Assembly (NCBI GenBank): GCA_963696385.1
Contig: CAVOKF010000008.1
Location: 448,001 to 512,000, forward strand
DNA: 64,000 bases
Direction of reading: 5' to 3'
Source of the DNA: an uncultured delta proteobacterium
GTDB taxonomy: Bacteria > Myxococcota_A > Polyangia > Polyangiales > Polyangiaceae
Shown: piece after piece, positions 60,931 through 64,000 of the stretch
Layout: each line of letters starts with the position of its first letter
How positions within the stretch are numbered: the first letter of the stretch is position 1
Translations under genes and position numbers: made by a program
The notes under the pieces: generated by a model
Told to the model about the DNA's origin: nothing
What the model saw: the letters and a program-made list of their open reading frames with translations, nothing else
Database searches by the model: none

Positions 60931-62275
60931 TCATTTCACGACCGGATTGCTGGCGACAAAGGGCGCGCGAACGTGCAGTGGCTTTGCGCCGAGCGCACGC
61001 GGAATGGGAGGAAAGGGAGCGGCGCGACGGATGGCCTCCGCGCAGTTGCGATCGAATTCGTCGACGCCGCTCGGACGAAAGGGGGGCCATGCGACCGAGA
61101 CTCGGCCGTCCGGAAAGACCGTGAAGTCGAGGATGACCGTGCCTTGCCGCAGATCGAAGAGCGCGCTCTTGGGAAAAGCGTCGGCCCAAAGGGGATCGAT
61201 GCGTCCGTGAAGTTGTCGGAAGTAGGAAATCAGGCCCGGGTCGTGGGTCCAGTAGTCGACTGTATCGCCATCCGCGCCCCGGAGCGGCCGTGCGGCCGAG
61301 CTCGGGCCGCTCAGTCCGCCGGCACCGGCGACGCCCCCGCCGCCGCTGCCACCCTCGCCGTCGCCCGGCAGGCCGCCCGCCGTGCTGGCGTGAATGAGCG
61401 ACTGAACCGTCGTCGCCACCTCTTGTTCGCTGTCGAGATCGTCGAGCGGCCGGGCCCGGTCGATCGCCGGGACTGCGACGGGACCGGCGACAAGGGCGGG
61501 ACGGGACAGGCCGACAGGCGCCGACCGGCGGTGATCGCGCAGACCCGGCGCAGAGTCGGGTAAGCCCTCGCCCGCCGACGTTTCGATCGCGCCGACTCGG
61601 GTGCCTCCCGGCAAGGCGCGGGCCTCCGGATCGTCGGACGGCTGAACGAGCGACCCCGACGCCGCCACGCCCCGATCGCTCGGCGCCGACGGCTGCTCGA
61701 GCCCACGGTTTGGCCGCGTTGCCGCCCAAGTCCGCCGCTCGCGCACCGACCCCGGACCCGTGGTGACGAGAGTCAACTCCGCCGGATGCGTCGTCGAGCG
61801 GCGGTCCTCCCAGGAGAATCGGGCGCGCGCCACGCGCAGACGCTGAAGCTGGTCGCGGTCGAGTCGATTGACCAGAATCGGGCGACCGTCGCATCGGCTC
61901 GTCGGCGTCGGCCAAGTTGACGGCCGGCGCGATCGCCGTCGATGGGCCGCCGCGACCCGGATCGCCGGTATCGAGGCGCGCGACGGGGTTGGCGACGGGC
62001 GCATGCGGGGAATCGTCGAAGGCATCGATCGACGTCGGATCGACGGCGATGCTGTCGTCGCCCGTCGTCGTCGGCGGCCACGCGCCACGATCGGACCGAT
62101 CGGACTGGCCTGCGGGCGAAGACGCCAGCCGGTGCGCGCCGGCCCATAGCGAAGCCATCGCGGCGCCGTGCAACGCGATCGACACGATCCAGGTGAGCCC
62201 ACGTCGCTTTCCGATGAACCGGACCACGCCTACGAGCGCGAGCCTCTGGGTGGGACCCCACTTGTGCCGTTGCAC
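60931..62275 (-). CDS. TonB C-terminal domain protein, +1 frameshift near 61877 (start uncertain)
   Basis: N-terminal SIALHG TM; C-terminal QGTVILDFTV...SGVDEFD...AIRRAAPFPP. Confidence 0.72.
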
Positions 62276-62326
62276 CCCCAGAGGGTGGCCCGGCCCCTGT
62301 CGAAGCGCCAGGGCCAGCCCACCCTC

Positions 62327-63181
62327 TCACCCGGTTTCGGACGCCACCTCGGCGGCTCGATCGGGCTGTCGGGCGAAGGACTTGCCGAATCGGCGCTCGG
62401 TGTTGGCCAAGGTCGCTCGGCCGAACGCATCGGGCGACACGCCCCGGAGATCGGCGACATAGCGGGCCGTGTGGACGACGAACGCCGGTTCGCAACGCTT
62501 TCCCCGCATCGGCACGGGCGCGAGAAAGGGGCTATCGGTCTCGACGAGCAGTCGGTCGAGCGGCGCCCACGCCGCGACGTCTTGAATGGCCCGTGCGCCT
62601 TTGAACGTCACGATGCCCGAAAGCGACAAATCGAAGTCCGAATCGAGCGCTTGCACGGCAAAGTCACGATCCTCGCTGAAGCAGTGGATGATGCCGCCGA
62701 CGTCGCGGGCGCCCTCGGCCGCGAGGATGGCGAGCGTGTCGGCCGGGGCGGAGCGCGTATGCACGACGATCGGCTTTCTCACCTCGCGCGCAAGGCCGAC
62801 GAGACCCGCGAACGCCGATCGCTGCGCGTCCCGAGGCGAGTGATCGTAGTGGAAGTCGAGGCCGATCTCGCCGATGGCCACCACTTCGGGGAGCCGGGCG
62901 AGCTCGCGCAAGCCCGCATGAATCGCCTCGCTGTAGCCCTGGGCATCGTGCGGGTGGAGTCCGACGCACGCCGCGACCTGGCCTGGAAACCGTCGCGCCA
63001 GATCGACCGCAAACCGAACGGGATCGAGCGGATCGGAGCCGGGAGGGCCGTTCGGGTCCGCGAGCCCGACGACGACCAACCCGACGACTCCGGCCGCCGC
63101 GGCGCGCGTCATGACGGCGTCGGGCCCCTCGGAGAAATGGTGCCGATCGAGGTGGCAGTGGGCGTCGACGAGGGCGAGCAT
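62327..63181 (-). CDS. tatD: TatD family nuclease
   Basis: DAHCHL, GLHPH, GEIGLD, VHTR, IHCFS, ETDSPFLAP. Confidence 0.93.
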   Translation of the reverse strand: MLALVDAHCHLDRHHFSEGPDAVMTRAAAAGVVGLVVVGLADPNGPPGSDPLDPVRFAVDLARRFPGQVAACVGLHPHDAQGYSEAIHAGLRELARLPEVVAIGEIGLDFHYDHSPRDAQRSAFAGLVGLAREVRKPIVVHTRSAPADTLAILAAEGARDVGGIIHCFSEDRDFAVQALDSDFDLSLSGIVTFKGARAIQDVAAWAPLDRLLVETDSPFLAPVPMRGKRCEPAFVVHTARYVADLRGVSPDAFGRATLANTERRFGKSFARQPDRAAEVASETG

Positions 63182-63237
63182 ACGCGAGGCCGGCCAAGGG
63201 TAGCCCGACCGGTTGGGGGCTGCTAACGATCGGCCGC

Positions 63238-63730
63238 GTGGCGAGTGCACTGCGGGTATTCGCTCAACAGGCGGGCGATCGGGTCGACATCGACGCATGG
63301 AATGCCCACGCCGAGCGGTTCTTCGCCACGCGAATCGGGTTGGCGGATCCCCCGACCCCTCGCGCCGCCGAGCCCGGATCGAAGGTCGACGCCCCGCCGC
63401 GTCTCGTCTCGACGCACCCCATCCGCTTCGTCGTGGCCCCGCAACGCGGATCCCCGGGCATCCGCACGGCGTCGGTTCGGGTGCGCGAACCCGAGGATTC
63501 TCGCGCTCGCCGAGCAAGCCGACGCCCCTCTGGGCCCCACCGGCTTGGTGCGGCTCGCACGCCGCTGCGAAGCCGTCTGGCTGGTCGAACGGCCGGAACC
63601 GTCCGATGCCCTGGGATGGTTGCTCGCCACCATCCTGGCGAGCGTTTTGCTCGGGCCCATTTTGGACCCCGACTCCTGCTCCCTTTTCGGAGTGAAAACG
63701 GCGCGCGCCAAGATCGAGGCGGCGCGCTGA
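63238..63730 (+). CDS. Hypothetical protein, probable +1 frameshift near 63498
   Basis: Two overlapping frames join at GATTC: ...REPED/LALAEQA...LATILASVLLGPILDP...FGVKTAR. Confidence 0.55.
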
Positions 63731-63731
63731 T

Positions 63732-64000
63732 TCACACCGCGAGATCGTGGAAGCGCTTTCGCATCAGCGCGCTCGCCGCATCCGCCGCGCAATTGCGGCA
63801 GTAGCCGAAGCGTTCCGACATGCGTTCGATGGTGGCTTGCGCGTCGCGGCGCCGCTCCCCGTCGAGACCGACGCCTTCGTCGCGGACCACGACCACCACA
63901 TCGCGCGCGAGGCGTGCCACGGCCGGGCGCCTCTCGCCGAAGATGGCCTCGCGCATCCGGCGGATGTGCTGCGGGAAGACGACCGACGTGTCGACCTTCT
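63732..64000 (-). CDS. C-terminus of a PrkA-like serine kinase / AAA protein (partial)
   Basis: Ends TIERMSERFGYCRNCAADAASALMRKRF, resembling PrkA C-termini; open to the window edge. Confidence 0.55.
   Translation of the reverse strand, partial: KVDTSVVFPQHIRRMREAIFGERRPAVARLARDVVVVVRDEGVGLDGERRRDAQATIERMSERFGYCRNCAADAASALMRKRFHDLAV

Overview
High-GC window that most likely comes from a myxobacterium (Myxococcota, Polyangiaceae-like). Host markers in the flanks include a MYXO-CTERM protein, Asp-Ala-Gly-rich lipoproteins, a DigR-like REC-XRE regulator and a PrkA-like gene. The window holds an essentially complete ~45 kb flagellar locus (2895-47417): basal body, P/L rings, MotAB, switch, export gate, hook, filament, FliA/FlgM, CsrA/FliW, a sigma54 activator, and a Maf plus pseudaminic-acid-like glycosylation cluster. 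Cultured myxobacteria are classically non-flagellated gliders, so this locus is the main finding. It has unusual features: no che genes or flhG, FliM without the CheY-binding motif, a split FlgJ, FliF and FliG in frame across one TGA, near-leaderless sigma54 promoters, a variant sigma28 promoter, and exported subunits depleted of Lys/Arg. Nine genes carry a +1 frameshift in GATC or YTCG contexts; this is probably sequencing error, not decay. The flanks hold a BthA-like diheme enzyme with a phosphoesterase, a desaturase, two toxin-antitoxin pairs with broken toxins, an LPMO-like protein, a large Ig-like lipoprotein, two stand-alone HisKA-like proteins, a triple-FKBP PPIase, tRNA-Pro, tRNA-Met, a TonB-like gene and TatD. 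All family calls are from motif recognition; no database searches were run.
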